Positions 16,411 to 26,244 of a stretch of DNA of 64,000 nt are shown here, piece after piece. The notes beneath the pieces were generated by a model. That model was not told the origin of the DNA, did not search any database, and saw only the letters and a list, made by a program, of their open reading frames with translations. The stretch is taken from assembly GCA_035449045.1 (NCBI GenBank), contig DAOTKC010000002.1, forward strand, positions 30,192-94,191, given 5' to 3'. The first letter of the stretch is position 1, and the number at the start of each line of letters is the position of its first letter. The DNA is from Eubacteriales bacterium. GTDB taxonomy: Bacteria > Bacillota > Clostridia > Christensenellales > CAG-917. A program made the position numbers and the translations under genes.

Positions 16411-16428
16411 TAATAGATAAGCTATTAA
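16410..16428. promoter_or_regulatory. Perfect 7-5-7 palindrome, candidate operator
   Basis: TTAATAG-ATAAG-CTATTAA, starting at the last base of the -10 box. Confidence 0.4.
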
Positions 16429-16499
16429 TTATTAATAAGATAAGTTACCCGCTTTTCTTTTTCTCAAAAATTAAGGCGGCTAAAAAAGGCGGACGCGAA

Positions 16500-18644
16500 A
16501 TGAGGATAGAAACGCCGCTCAAAGACGGCTGGATTTTTAAAAAAAACGGCGAATCAACCGCCGTTTCGCTTCCTCACACATGGAACGCCGGAGACGGCCA
16601 ATGCCCCGCCTATTTCCGCGGCGAATGCAGCTATATCCGATTTTTAGAAAAAGCCGAAACCACTACATATCTTAAGTTTTTGGGCGCCAATTTAAAGACG
16701 ATGGTATTTATAAACAGCCGCTTCGTCGGCGGGCATTTGGGCGGCTATTCCGAGTTTTCATTCGACATCACAAACTTTCTCACACTTGAGAATAACAAGC
16801 TCGAGGTTTTGGTTTCCAACGCCGACTGCACCAAGGCCTATCCTTCAATCGCCGACTTCACTTTCTACGGCGGGCTCTACCGCGACGTTTATTTGGTTTT
16901 ATGCGAAAAGACGCATTTCGCGCTTGAGGGCGGGCTTAAAGCCGCCGCCGTCAAAGAAGACGGGAAATGGTTGATTAAGGCCGCGGCCGTAGTTTCGGGC
17001 GAAGACAAGAATTTTCAAATTTCTTATGAACTGAAAAATCAGGACGGAGAGCCGATTAAGAGGATAGTCGGCGAAATCGGCAGCTTATCGGCTCGTTTTG
17101 AGGTTGAAAAACCGGTTTTATGGCAAGGTCTTGAAAATCCATATCTCTACACGCTGACGGCTTCGCTATACGATAGCGGTAAGCAGTTAGATGAAATCAC
17201 CGTTGAAATCGGCTTTCGCGAAATTTATATCGACGCCGAAAAAGGATTTTTCTTAAACGGCAAACCGCTTAAAATCCGCGGCGTCTGCCGCCATCAGGAC
17301 AGGGCGGGAGCGGGAAACGCGCTTTTGCCCGAGCACCACGAAGAAGATATAAAAATCATTTTGGAGTCGGGCGCCAACGCCGTTCGGCTTGCGCATTACC
17401 AGCAGTCGCAATATTTTTATTCGCTGTGCGACCGCGCCGGCCTTTTGGTTTGGGCGGAAGTTCCCGTCATTTCCAAGTTCTCACCTAAAAAGCAAAAGAA
17501 CGCCCTTTCCCAGCTTGGGGAGCTCATCGAACAAAGCTTCAACCACCCCTCTGTTTTTTGTTGGGGAATTCAAAACGAAATTACGCTGGGCGGCGCGCCT
17601 AAAAAGCTCAAAAAATATTTGAGCGAACTTAACGTCCAAGCGCATCGGCTTGACGAAACGCGCTATACCGCCTCGGCACAGCTTTCGCTTTGCCCCAAAA
17701 CCTCGCCGCTCAATTCAATTACCGACATTTTGGGCTATAACCATTATTTCGGCTGGTATCTGGGCATCGCCGAGGATTTGGACAGCTGGCTCGATGCCTT
17801 CTTTAAAGCTATGCCGAAGTTTAAGCTTTGCCTTTCGGAATACGGCGCCGAGGGCGTGTTGAAATATCAAAGCGAGGTAGCGGCGCAGGGAGACTATTCC
17901 GAGAGCTATCAGGCCGAATTTCACCAAAAATATCTTAAAATCATTGATAAATACCCCAACCTTTGGGGCTCCTTTGTTTGGAATATGTTCGATTTCGCTT
18001 CGGCGTCACGTAACGAGGGCGGCACCGTCGGCATGAACAATAAAGGCCTCGTTACAATGGACAGAGCGATAAAAAAGGACGCGTTTTACCTCTACAAGGC
18101 GCATTGGTCTAAGGAAAAATTTGTCCACATCGCGGGCAGGCGACATCTAAACCGCCCGATAGGGAAAACCGCAATAAAGATTTATACCAACCTTGACTTC
18201 GTCGAGCTTACCGTCAACGGCGAGTCTATCGGCACAAAATCGGGGGAAGTCACTCTGTTTGAAAACGTCGAAATCAAGGCGGGCGAAAACATTGTCAAAG
18301 CGAGCTCGGGGGATTATTTCGACGAAATCGTTTTAATCGGCGTGGCCGAAGAGGATAAAAGCTACGTTCTCACCGATAAAGGCAACACCGTCGTCAGAAA
18401 CTGGTTCGCGCCCGGCGAGAAAAGAACGGACATGCTGTCGGCCGACGACCGCATATCGGATATATTGAAAAACAAAGAGGCGATGGAACTTTTGTCGGGA
18501 CTTTACGGAAACCTGATAAAGAGCCCGCTTCTTAAACTTTTGGGAAGGTTTACGGTGCGGAGGATAGCGAGCCTCAAAGTTTTAGGCTTTGACAAGGAAG
18601 CCGTCGAGCTTGCCGACCGCTTTTTACAAACGATAAAGAAATAA
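16500..18644 (+). CDS. uidA: GH2 beta-glucuronidase (714 aa)
   Basis: GH2 acid/base WGIQNEI and nucleophile LSEYGAEG. Glucuronidase-specific features are GYNHYFGWY, WNMFDFAS and an N-x-K motif in GMNNKGLVTMDR (compare E. coli GGNKKGIFTRDR). It has about 110 extra C-terminal residues relative to the ~600-aa E. coli enzyme. Confidence 0.8.
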   Translation: MRIETPLKDGWIFKKNGESTAVSLPHTWNAGDGQCPAYFRGECSYIRFLEKAETTTYLKFLGANLKTMVFINSRFVGGHLGGYSEFSFDITNFLTLENNKLEVLVSNADCTKAYPSIADFTFYGGLYRDVYLVLCEKTHFALEGGLKAAAVKEDGKWLIKAAAVVSGEDKNFQISYELKNQDGEPIKRIVGEIGSLSARFEVEKPVLWQGLENPYLYTLTASLYDSGKQLDEITVEIGFREIYIDAEKGFFLNGKPLKIRGVCRHQDRAGAGNALLPEHHEEDIKIILESGANAVRLAHYQQSQYFYSLCDRAGLLVWAEVPVISKFSPKKQKNALSQLGELIEQSFNHPSVFCWGIQNEITLGGAPKKLKKYLSELNVQAHRLDETRYTASAQLSLCPKTSPLNSITDILGYNHYFGWYLGIAEDLDSWLDAFFKAMPKFKLCLSEYGAEGVLKYQSEVAAQGDYSESYQAEFHQKYLKIIDKYPNLWGSFVWNMFDFASASRNEGGTVGMNNKGLVTMDRAIKKDAFYLYKAHWSKEKFVHIAGRRHLNRPIGKTAIKIYTNLDFVELTVNGESIGTKSGEVTLFENVEIKAGENIVKASSGDYFDEIVLIGVAEEDKSYVLTDKGNTVVRNWFAPGEKRTDMLSADDRISDILKNKEAMELLSGLYGNLIKSPLLKLLGRFTVRRIASLKVLGFDKEAVELADRFLQTIKK

Positions 18645-18662
18645 AGTAACATAAAGGGACTA

Positions 18663-20111
18663 ATGGAAGAGCGGACGACAAGAATCAGCGAAGCGGCGGC
18701 GGAAAGGAGCCTGCCTCCCTTCGGAATAAAAGACAAGATAGGCTTCGCGCTGGGCGATTTCGGCTGCAACATGAGCTTCTCGCTGGTGACGGCCTTTATG
18801 TATATCTTCTATACCCAATACATAGGGCTGTCGTCGACGATTTGGTCGGCCATCATCATCGTCGTCAAGGTTTGGGACGCCGTCAACGACCCGATTATGG
18901 GCGGGCTGATGGACGCCAAAAAGCCCAAAAAGGGCGGCAAGTTCAAGCCTTGGATAAAGCTCGGCTCCTACGGCCTCATCATCGGTGGCGCGCTCGTGTT
19001 TCTGCCCATTCCCAACGCTCCCACCGCCGTCAAGGTCATCGTCTGCATAGTGTCGTATCTGCTTTGGGACGTAAGCTACACCGTCGTCAACGTTCCCTAC
19101 GGCGCCTTTAACGCCGCAATTTCCGCCGATACCGGCCACCGCGCCTCGCTCTCGGTGTTCAGGAGCATAGGCGGCGGGCTGGGCGGACTTGTCAGCATGG
19201 TGCTACCCGCGCTGCTTTTTGACGAAAACAACGTGCTTTTGGGCGGCCGCCTGATTTGGGCGGGCGTCATAATGGGCGTTATAGCCTTTATTTCGTTCTG
19301 GCTGTTTTTGATTATGACGACGGAGCGCGTAGAAATTCCCGTCGAGACCTATAAATTCAACTTTTTCAAGACGGTGGGCAATTTCTTTAAAAACCGCGCC
19401 GCGCTCGCCGTCAGCATAGCGTCCTTTCTGCTTTTGGTCTTCTTTATGTCGACGACAACGACGAACACGCTCGTCTATCAAATTTATTTCGCGCGCGCCA
19501 AGATGACGACAATCGTTTCCATCGTCTCCTACGCGCCGCTCGTCATACTGGTGCCGTTCGCATCCAAGATAGTCAAAAAATTCGGCAAAAAGCTGGCGGC
19601 GGGCGTGCCGCTCATCTTGAGCGCGGCGGCGGCAGGCGTCTTGCTTTTGATTCCGATGGACAGATACGCGGCGTGGTCGGCGTGGGTCTACATAGCGGGG
19701 CTCGCCATAATTCAGTTCGGCGGCGGCATGTTCCAGCTGGTGTGCTGGGCGATGATTGCCGACTGCATCGATTATCAGCATATAAAGACGGGCAGGCGCG
19801 ACGAAGGCTCGATTTACGCCATTTATTCGCTCTTCCGCAAGCTTGCGCAGGGCGTGGGCGCCGCGCTCATTCCGATGTGCATGGCGTGGGTGGGCTACGT
19901 CGAGACTCAGGGGCCCAACCAGACCGCCCAAGCCGCCGAGAACATGAAGGATATGTCGCTCTATCTTGTGCTTTTAGGCTCGCTCGCCATTGCCGCCGTT
20001 GTGCTGTTATTTTACAACCTCGGCAAGAAAGAGGTGGAAGATATGAATAAAAAACTCGGCAAGCTTGCCGAGCTCAACCTCTCCGAAGCCGTCACCGCGA
20101 TGAAAGAATAG
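18663..20111 (+). CDS. GPH-family glycoside/glucuronide:cation symporter
   Basis: 482 aa, 12 TM. N-terminal KDKIGFALGDFGCNMSF...YIFYTQYIGLS is typical of MelB/UidB-type carriers. It lies immediately downstream of the glucuronidase. Confidence 0.8.
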   Translation: MEERTTRISEAAAERSLPPFGIKDKIGFALGDFGCNMSFSLVTAFMYIFYTQYIGLSSTIWSAIIIVVKVWDAVNDPIMGGLMDAKKPKKGGKFKPWIKLGSYGLIIGGALVFLPIPNAPTAVKVIVCIVSYLLWDVSYTVVNVPYGAFNAAISADTGHRASLSVFRSIGGGLGGLVSMVLPALLFDENNVLLGGRLIWAGVIMGVIAFISFWLFLIMTTERVEIPVETYKFNFFKTVGNFFKNRAALAVSIASFLLLVFFMSTTTTNTLVYQIYFARAKMTTIVSIVSYAPLVILVPFASKIVKKFGKKLAAGVPLILSAAAAGVLLLIPMDRYAAWSAWVYIAGLAIIQFGGGMFQLVCWAMIADCIDYQHIKTGRRDEGSIYAIYSLFRKLAQGVGAALIPMCMAWVGYVETQGPNQTAQAAENMKDMSLYLVLLGSLAIAAVVLLFYNLGKKEVEDMNKKLGKLAELNLSEAVTAMKE

Positions 20112-20126
20112 TTTTAGGAGGATATT

Positions 20127-21044
20127 ATGCCGATTACCGAACGCGTCATTGCCTATCTTTGGAAGCAGCAAAAGCCCCGAGACGACGCCAGACTGGCGCT
20201 TCAGAGCCCGCCGAAAGGCGTCAAGGAGTTTTGTGATATCGCCTACATCGAAGACGGCGACAAATTTCATCTGCTCGACGTCTATCTTCCCGAAAACGCC
20301 GAAAGGCCGCTTCCCGTCATTTTTGAAATTCACGGCGGCGGCTGGACCTACGGCGACAAGGATTTAAATAAAATTTACGCCATGAACCTCGCCGCTCGCG
20401 GCTTCGGCGTCGTCAACATAAGTTACCGTCTCATGCCCGAGGTCCGGCTTAAAGAGCAACTGCTTGACATATTCGCGGCGGCGGAGTGGCTTATGAATAA
20501 CGGCAAGGACTACGGACTGGATACCCAAAACGTCTTTGTCAACGGCGATTCGGCGGGCGGTCATCTCGCCGTGACTACGGCGGCGATTGCGGGGTCCGAG
20601 AAGTTTCAAAAGCTGCTCGGAATTAATCCCGGCATCAATTTTAGAGCCGCGGGCTCATCCTGCGGCGCGCTGGCGCTGGACCTCTATGAACGCTGGCCGC
20701 TACTATCGGGGTTGAGGCGGATGTTTTTCGGAAAACACGCCAAAAAGCACCCGCTCTACGCCTTGAGCGCGCCCATGAAATTTCTAAAGGCTGGTGACAT
20801 TCCGCCCGTCTTTCTGTCCTCCTGCGACAAGGATTTCATAAGAGCGCACACGCTGGCGTTTTCCAAGTTCTGCGAAAGAGAGGGCATCGAGCATCAAACG
20901 ATTTTCTATTATATCAAAGATTCAGCTAACAAACTTCAGCACGTCTACGACGTCGTCTATCCCGAGTGGAAGGAATCTAAAGAGACTATCGATGCGCTCT
21001 GCGCCTTCTTCGGAAAATATATCAAAAAGAGGGTGGCCGTATGA
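20127..21044 (+). CDS. Alpha/beta-hydrolase esterase, hormone-sensitive-lipase (family IV)-like
   Basis: HGGGW oxyanion motif, GDSAGG nucleophile elbow, C-terminal His region. RBS AGGAGG. Confidence 0.8.
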   Translation: MPITERVIAYLWKQQKPRDDARLALQSPPKGVKEFCDIAYIEDGDKFHLLDVYLPENAERPLPVIFEIHGGGWTYGDKDLNKIYAMNLAARGFGVVNISYRLMPEVRLKEQLLDIFAAAEWLMNNGKDYGLDTQNVFVNGDSAGGHLAVTTAAIAGSEKFQKLLGINPGINFRAAGSSCGALALDLYERWPLLSGLRRMFFGKHAKKHPLYALSAPMKFLKAGDIPPVFLSSCDKDFIRAHTLAFSKFCEREGIEHQTIFYYIKDSANKLQHVYDVVYPEWKESKETIDALCAFFGKYIKKRVAV

Positions 21045-21385
21045 AAAAAATAACGGACAAAGAGGGCGAGCTCAAGTTGAGCCCACGAAAAATCCTCAAT
21101 ATGTCGGTCATAGTCGCTTTCTTTTCGATGGTGGCGCACAGTTGGGAAAGAAAGAGGAGAAGGGAGTTTAAAAAGGCCGTCAAATATAGAGAATACGACA
21201 CCGCGCGGCTTAAGGCGGTGCTTGCCGACTTTAAGGAGCTCGTCACCTGTGTCGACCCTTATATAGAGCATTTCTATCTTAAGCAACCCGACTTCTCCTC
21301 TCTTCATAAGCTTTGGGTGCTCAATTCGCACGCCTATTGGACCAAAAAATTCGAGGAAGAGCTTAAGAGGAGGGAGGCGGTATGA
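21041..21385 (+). CDS. Hypothetical protein (114 aa)
   Basis: ATGA overlaps at both ends (translational coupling), one hydrophobic segment, and no recognisable family. Confidence 0.6.
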   Translation: MKKITDKEGELKLSPRKILNMSVIVAFFSMVAHSWERKRRREFKKAVKYREYDTARLKAVLADFKELVTCVDPYIEHFYLKQPDFSSLHKLWVLNSHAYWTKKFEEELKRREAV

Positions 21386-22251
21386 TTAAGAAAAACAGCT
21401 TGCTCGAGAAAATCGACGATAAGCTCGTCAACTATTTCGGGAACTACTGCGAGGTGCGCTCGCTCGACTTTTTCTTGAAGTGGGCGGAGGCGACCAAGCA
21501 TCCCCGCTACGGCAAGCTTTTGAGAAGGCTCTACCAATGGTTCACCAAATATTACGCCGGTTTTGTGGTGCCCGTCAACGGCTCGCTGGGACGCGGCAAC
21601 GCCGTAATGCCCTACGAGAGTATTTTAGAGCTCGTAAAGCGCGCTAAGGTCGGACAAATCTGGCCTTGTTCCTGCAAGTCCTTCCGCCCGACCAAGGACG
21701 ACACCATTCCTAGGGCTACCTGCATGCTGATTGCCGAGGTGGCTTCCCTCGACAACACCGTGACGAAATATCCCGACACGGGCTATCTGCCAGCCGAGAA
21801 GGTCATCGAAACGATAAAGGAGTGCGAGGACATCGGGCTTATCCATCAAATAATGTGCGTGTCGAGCCCGCAGGGGCGGAAAATGTATGTGCTCTGCAAC
21901 TGCGACAATAAGGCCTGCGTGCCGATGACGATTAAATGTGAGTATGACCTCCCCATGGTGAGAAGCTCGGGCTTCGTCGTGGAAGAGGGCGATTTAACCA
22001 ATTGCGCCTCCTGCGGCACCTGCGCCAAGCGCTGTTTGTTCTCGGCGATAGAGATGAAAGACGGTAAACCCGTGCTTGCCGCCGAAAAATGCATGGGCTG
22101 CGGCCTCTGCGTCACCACATGCCCCCAAAAACTCCGCACGCTCAAACGCCTTTCAAGGGAGCCTTTCCATGACTATACGGTAGAACAAATTAAAAATCAC
22201 CCCGAAAGAACGGTTGCGGTGGAAAACGGAACCGAAAAGAGCGGCGATTAA
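21382..22251 (+). CDS. Fe-S protein: Cys-rich N-terminal domain plus C-terminal 2x[4Fe-4S] ferredoxin motif
   Basis: CASCGTCAKRC and CMGCGLCVTTCP motifs, preceded by PCSCKSF...C...CNCDNKAC cysteine clusters. Confidence 0.75.
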   Translation: MIKKNSLLEKIDDKLVNYFGNYCEVRSLDFFLKWAEATKHPRYGKLLRRLYQWFTKYYAGFVVPVNGSLGRGNAVMPYESILELVKRAKVGQIWPCSCKSFRPTKDDTIPRATCMLIAEVASLDNTVTKYPDTGYLPAEKVIETIKECEDIGLIHQIMCVSSPQGRKMYVLCNCDNKACVPMTIKCEYDLPMVRSSGFVVEEGDLTNCASCGTCAKRCLFSAIEMKDGKPVLAAEKCMGCGLCVTTCPQKLRTLKRLSREPFHDYTVEQIKNHPERTVAVENGTEKSGD

Positions 22252-22388
22252 TATTAATAATTGACCGTAAGACGACTTAATCGATGCGAAACAAAGTGAT
22301 AAACGCCGCGTTTTGCAAGTAAAATCGAAAAATACCTATAAAAACCATCAATTATTTGGGGCTAAAACGACAAGAAAGCGAGGCAATT

Positions 22389-25076
22389 ATGGGCAAAAAC
22401 TTCGGTTCGGGATATTTCGGCGAATGGATAGAAGGATTAAATGGCCTTCCCGCCTACCTTTACACCGTCGACCAGACAAAGGACGAAAAGGCGGTGACGC
22501 AGACTAATCCCGCATGGCGGTGCAAGCGCGACCACGCCTTTATGTTCGGCAACGACCGAATCACCGCGGTCGCATCCAACTTCGGCTATATCCAAATAAG
22601 GCAGGACGAGGGGACGCCCAAGTTTTTGACCGACTACGACGAAAAGAACAATCAATACGGCGGCGGATTCGGCTATCTCGTCACTGAAGATGGCGTTTTG
22701 CCGACATACTACGGCGGCGGTGAGATGAGGCGTGAATACGGCGCAGGCTATTTTTTAAAAAAGACCGAAAACGGTAAGAGCAAAGTCGAGGAACTTTTGT
22801 TCGCGCCTTTCGGCGACGATCCGGTTATTTTTAAGAAGGTCACCGTTACCAACAATTCCGACGAAGAAACAGCTTATCGCTGGTATGACTACTGGGCGGG
22901 CGAGATGTATCAGTTTTCCTTTGTCCATTTTGTGCTGGCTCAGGCGACTTTCAACACTGCCAACGTGTCAAAGCTCCGCCGCGCCTTTGCCCGTTCCTTT
23001 GAAAAAGAGCTGAGCGCCGAGGCGTTCGGCGTGTCGCAAAAATGGGTTTTTGATAAATCCAAAAAGCCTATGGTCAACGCCTTGACCAAGCTCGGCCGCT
23101 CCGTTCTCGCCAAGACCGCCGCCCGCTTTTACGACATGGGGGGCGCCAATCCCGTCGATTACACGCCGCCCGAGGTGCTGGTCACGGGAATAAGCAAAAC
23201 GGCGGGATATTTGAGCGACGCCGACGCCTTCTTCGGCAAGGGCGGCGCCCTAAAGCCCGATTTCTTATTCAAAAAACCGGACGCTGTTCAAACAAAAGAC
23301 AGAAAAAACGGAATGCTGATGCCCTATTCCGATTTCACGCTTAAAGCGGGCGAGAGCATCGAGCTCGCATATGCATATTTTTATTTTCCGAACGACAAAA
23401 ACAAAGGTGAACTCATTAAAAAATACATGGGGACCGATATTAACGCCGTATTTTTAAAAAGCGCCGAGGCGAGACTTTCCGACGGCGTCAACGCCGATAT
23501 CGAGGGGTTGCCGTGGCTTTCCCGCGAGCTCGTCTGGCATAATGCCTACCTCAGAGAGGGGATGAGCTACTTTGATTTTTACGGCGCCCACGTCCTTTCG
23601 CAGGGCGGGCACTATCAATATTTAATGGGGCTTCAAGGCGCGCCGCGAGATCAGCTTCAGCATTCGCTTCCCTTCATTTACACCGATGAAAAGGTGGCGC
23701 GCGAGCACATTCTTTTCACGCTGAAGCAGATGTCGCCCGCAGGCGAGCTTCCCTACGCCACAACGGGCAACGGCATGCTGATTGCGCTCGTCATGGTGCC
23801 CTCCGATTTACAGCTAATGCTTCTCTCCTATGCCGGCGAATATATTTTGGCCACTAGGGATTTTGATTTCCTTAAATCGAAGTATACCGTCAAACAGTGC
23901 GGAAAAACGGTAGAAAAAACGGTGCTCGAGGGGCTTCTTCTTGCATACAGCTATGCGACTAAAGAGGTCGGAAAAGGCCCGCACGGCTTACTTAGAATGA
24001 AGTCCGGCGACTGGAACGACCAGGCCGTTTACGGCAGAGTGCCGCTAAGTCAAACAAAAAAGGTCAGAAAAGTGGGCGAATCCATGCTCAACTCGGCGAT
24101 GGGCATTTACTCATTTAAAACTTTCTCCGAGATGCTGAGGGCGGCGGGCGAGTCAGCCGCGGCCGAGGAATCCGAAAAATGGTCGAAAGAGCTTAAGGAA
24201 GCCGTCAAAGCGCAGTGGAACGGAAAGTGGTTCAAGCGCGCCTGGATGGGCGACAAGGTGGGCTGGCTGGGCGACGATCTTTTATGGCTGGAGCCGCAAC
24301 CTTGGGCAATTATCGGCGGCGCGGCCGACGAAAATTTGCGCGGCGAGCTTGTCAAAAACATCAACGACATTTTAATGAAAGACAGCCCCAACGGCGCCGC
24401 GCTTATCCAAAAATCGAGTGAAAGGGAAGAAAACAGCGCCGGTTTGGACGCAGGAGTTCTCGAAAACGGCGGGATTTGGTATGCCATAAACGGCTATCTC
24501 GTTTGGGCGCTCGCTAAGGAGGACGGCGGGCTCGCCTTCGACGAATTTTTGAAGAACACGCGCGCCTATCAGGCGGAGGCCTACCCCGAAATATGGTATG
24601 GCATCTGGAGCGGGCCCGACTCCGTCAATTCGGTGGCGGCGAAATATCCCGGCCGCACCCAAAACAGCAAAAACCCGATAACGGGCAAGCGCGAGAAATT
24701 TTTCAAGCTGACGGTGGGCGTCGACTGGGAGGACTTTCCCGTTTTGAATCTCCACGCCCACACCTGGCAGCAATACGCGCTCTTTAAGCTGATCGGCCTT
24801 GAATTCAACGCAACCGGCTTCAAAATCAAACCCGTCATCCCCAAAGAGAAATATCAAATCCGCTCGCGTCTGTTTTCGTTTTCGCGCGACGGCAAAAGCT
24901 TTCGCGGCGTCTACCGCCCGCTTGAAGGCGGCAAGACAGAAATCGAGGCCGACCTCGGAGCGGCGGTAAAAAGCCTCAAGGTAAACGGCGAAAGCCGTAA
25001 AGCGGACGGACTTTCCTCAGTGATAAAATTCGAGGCTCAAGGCGGCGAAATCGAATTTGAGATAGTTACCGAGTAG
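22389..25076 (+). CDS. Cellobiose-phosphorylase-like (GH94-type, alpha/alpha-6 barrel) glycoside phosphorylase/hydrolase family protein
   Basis: 895 aa with motifs SGDWNDQ, EPQPWAIIGG and ENGGIWYAINGYLVWAL, which resemble GH94-family signatures. I chose ATG 22389 (RBS GAGG) over the ORF-track TTG 22356. Substrate is unknown. Confidence 0.65.
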   Translation: MGKNFGSGYFGEWIEGLNGLPAYLYTVDQTKDEKAVTQTNPAWRCKRDHAFMFGNDRITAVASNFGYIQIRQDEGTPKFLTDYDEKNNQYGGGFGYLVTEDGVLPTYYGGGEMRREYGAGYFLKKTENGKSKVEELLFAPFGDDPVIFKKVTVTNNSDEETAYRWYDYWAGEMYQFSFVHFVLAQATFNTANVSKLRRAFARSFEKELSAEAFGVSQKWVFDKSKKPMVNALTKLGRSVLAKTAARFYDMGGANPVDYTPPEVLVTGISKTAGYLSDADAFFGKGGALKPDFLFKKPDAVQTKDRKNGMLMPYSDFTLKAGESIELAYAYFYFPNDKNKGELIKKYMGTDINAVFLKSAEARLSDGVNADIEGLPWLSRELVWHNAYLREGMSYFDFYGAHVLSQGGHYQYLMGLQGAPRDQLQHSLPFIYTDEKVAREHILFTLKQMSPAGELPYATTGNGMLIALVMVPSDLQLMLLSYAGEYILATRDFDFLKSKYTVKQCGKTVEKTVLEGLLLAYSYATKEVGKGPHGLLRMKSGDWNDQAVYGRVPLSQTKKVRKVGESMLNSAMGIYSFKTFSEMLRAAGESAAAEESEKWSKELKEAVKAQWNGKWFKRAWMGDKVGWLGDDLLWLEPQPWAIIGGAADENLRGELVKNINDILMKDSPNGAALIQKSSEREENSAGLDAGVLENGGIWYAINGYLVWALAKEDGGLAFDEFLKNTRAYQAEAYPEIWYGIWSGPDSVNSVAAKYPGRTQNSKNPITGKREKFFKLTVGVDWEDFPVLNLHAHTWQQYALFKLIGLEFNATGFKIKPVIPKEKYQIRSRLFSFSRDGKSFRGVYRPLEGGKTEIEADLGAAVKSLKVNGESRKADGLSSVIKFEAQGGEIEFEIVTE

Positions 25077-25197
25077 CGGAAAATTATTAGCACCCTGTAA
25101 ATAAATTAACGCATATAAGCAGTTGTTGGTTTATAATTGTTTTGGTGAAGTTAATATTTTTTAATCGCGGTTATAAAAACCTGAAAAGGCGGCAGTT

Positions 25198-26118
25198 ATG
25201 GAAAAAGTGATATTTGAAAGAGGGGGCGTGGGCATTCATTGCTACCTTTGGGACGATGTCAAAAGCCCAAAGGGCGTAATTCAGCTTATTCACGGCATGA
25301 CCTCCTACGCTCTGCGCTACGACGAGTTCGCAAAAGAGCTCAACGATAAGGGATATATCGTCTTCGGCGATGACCACCGCGGCCACGGCCACACCGAGCG
25401 CGACGGCAAGGTTTTGGGCGGGCTTACCGAGTTTGACGACACGGTGGAGGACGAGCTTGCCATCACTAAAATGCTGAAAGAAAAATATAAGCTTCCCGTC
25501 CAAATTTTCGGACACAGCTACGGCTCATTTATAACGCAGCGCTATATTCAGCACGAGGACGCCGAGGCCTCGGGCGTGCTGCTTTCGGGCTCGGCCTATA
25601 TGGGCGGCAAAAAGCTGGTTTTCGGCAAGCTTTTGACGGCAATAACCACGCGTTTCTTGGGCGAAAACAAACCCGACAAACTTCTTTATGCCATCACTTT
25701 CGCTTCCAACAACAAGGCCTTTGCCGAAGAAGGGACGGATAACGCCTGGCTCTCCCGCAACGTTGACAGCGTCAAGGCCTACAACGCCGACCCGATGGCG
25801 AATTTTATGCCGCCCTCAAGCTTTTACTATTCCATGATGCGCGGGATTTACCGCGCTTACTTAAAGGAAAATCTCATAAAAATCAAAAAGGATTTGCCGA
25901 TTTTTATAATGAGCGGCGACCGCGATCCGGTGGGCGGCAACGGCCAAAAGGTGGCCAAGCTCTTTTCGCTCTATAAATCGCTCGGCCTCAACGTCGTGGG
26001 GATGAAGCTTTACCCCGGCGCCCGCCACGAGCTTACCAACGACCCCGAAAAAGAGACGGTTATCGCCGACATTGTTTCCTTTTTCGACAAAAACATCGAA
26101 AGGCTTAGCGAAAAATAA
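25198..26118 (+). CDS. Alpha/beta hydrolase (lysophospholipase / monoacylglycerol-lipase-like)
   Basis: HG..S oxyanion region (LIHGMTSY), GHSYGS nucleophile elbow, and a late D...H (GDRDPV ... ARHEL). Confidence 0.8.
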   Translation: MEKVIFERGGVGIHCYLWDDVKSPKGVIQLIHGMTSYALRYDEFAKELNDKGYIVFGDDHRGHGHTERDGKVLGGLTEFDDTVEDELAITKMLKEKYKLPVQIFGHSYGSFITQRYIQHEDAEASGVLLSGSAYMGGKKLVFGKLLTAITTRFLGENKPDKLLYAITFASNNKAFAEEGTDNAWLSRNVDSVKAYNADPMANFMPPSSFYYSMMRGIYRAYLKENLIKIKKDLPIFIMSGDRDPVGGNGQKVAKLFSLYKSLGLNVVGMKLYPGARHELTNDPEKETVIADIVSFFDKNIERLSEK

Positions 26119-26244
26119 GGCGAGGCTTGACAAGCTCCATGCTGTTTATGCGGCCGCGTAATGCAAAAATTATAGCTTGTATTATTATGGATTAATGCGC
26201 CCGATTTGCGCCGATGTAAAACCCGATAAAACGAGGTGAAAAAA

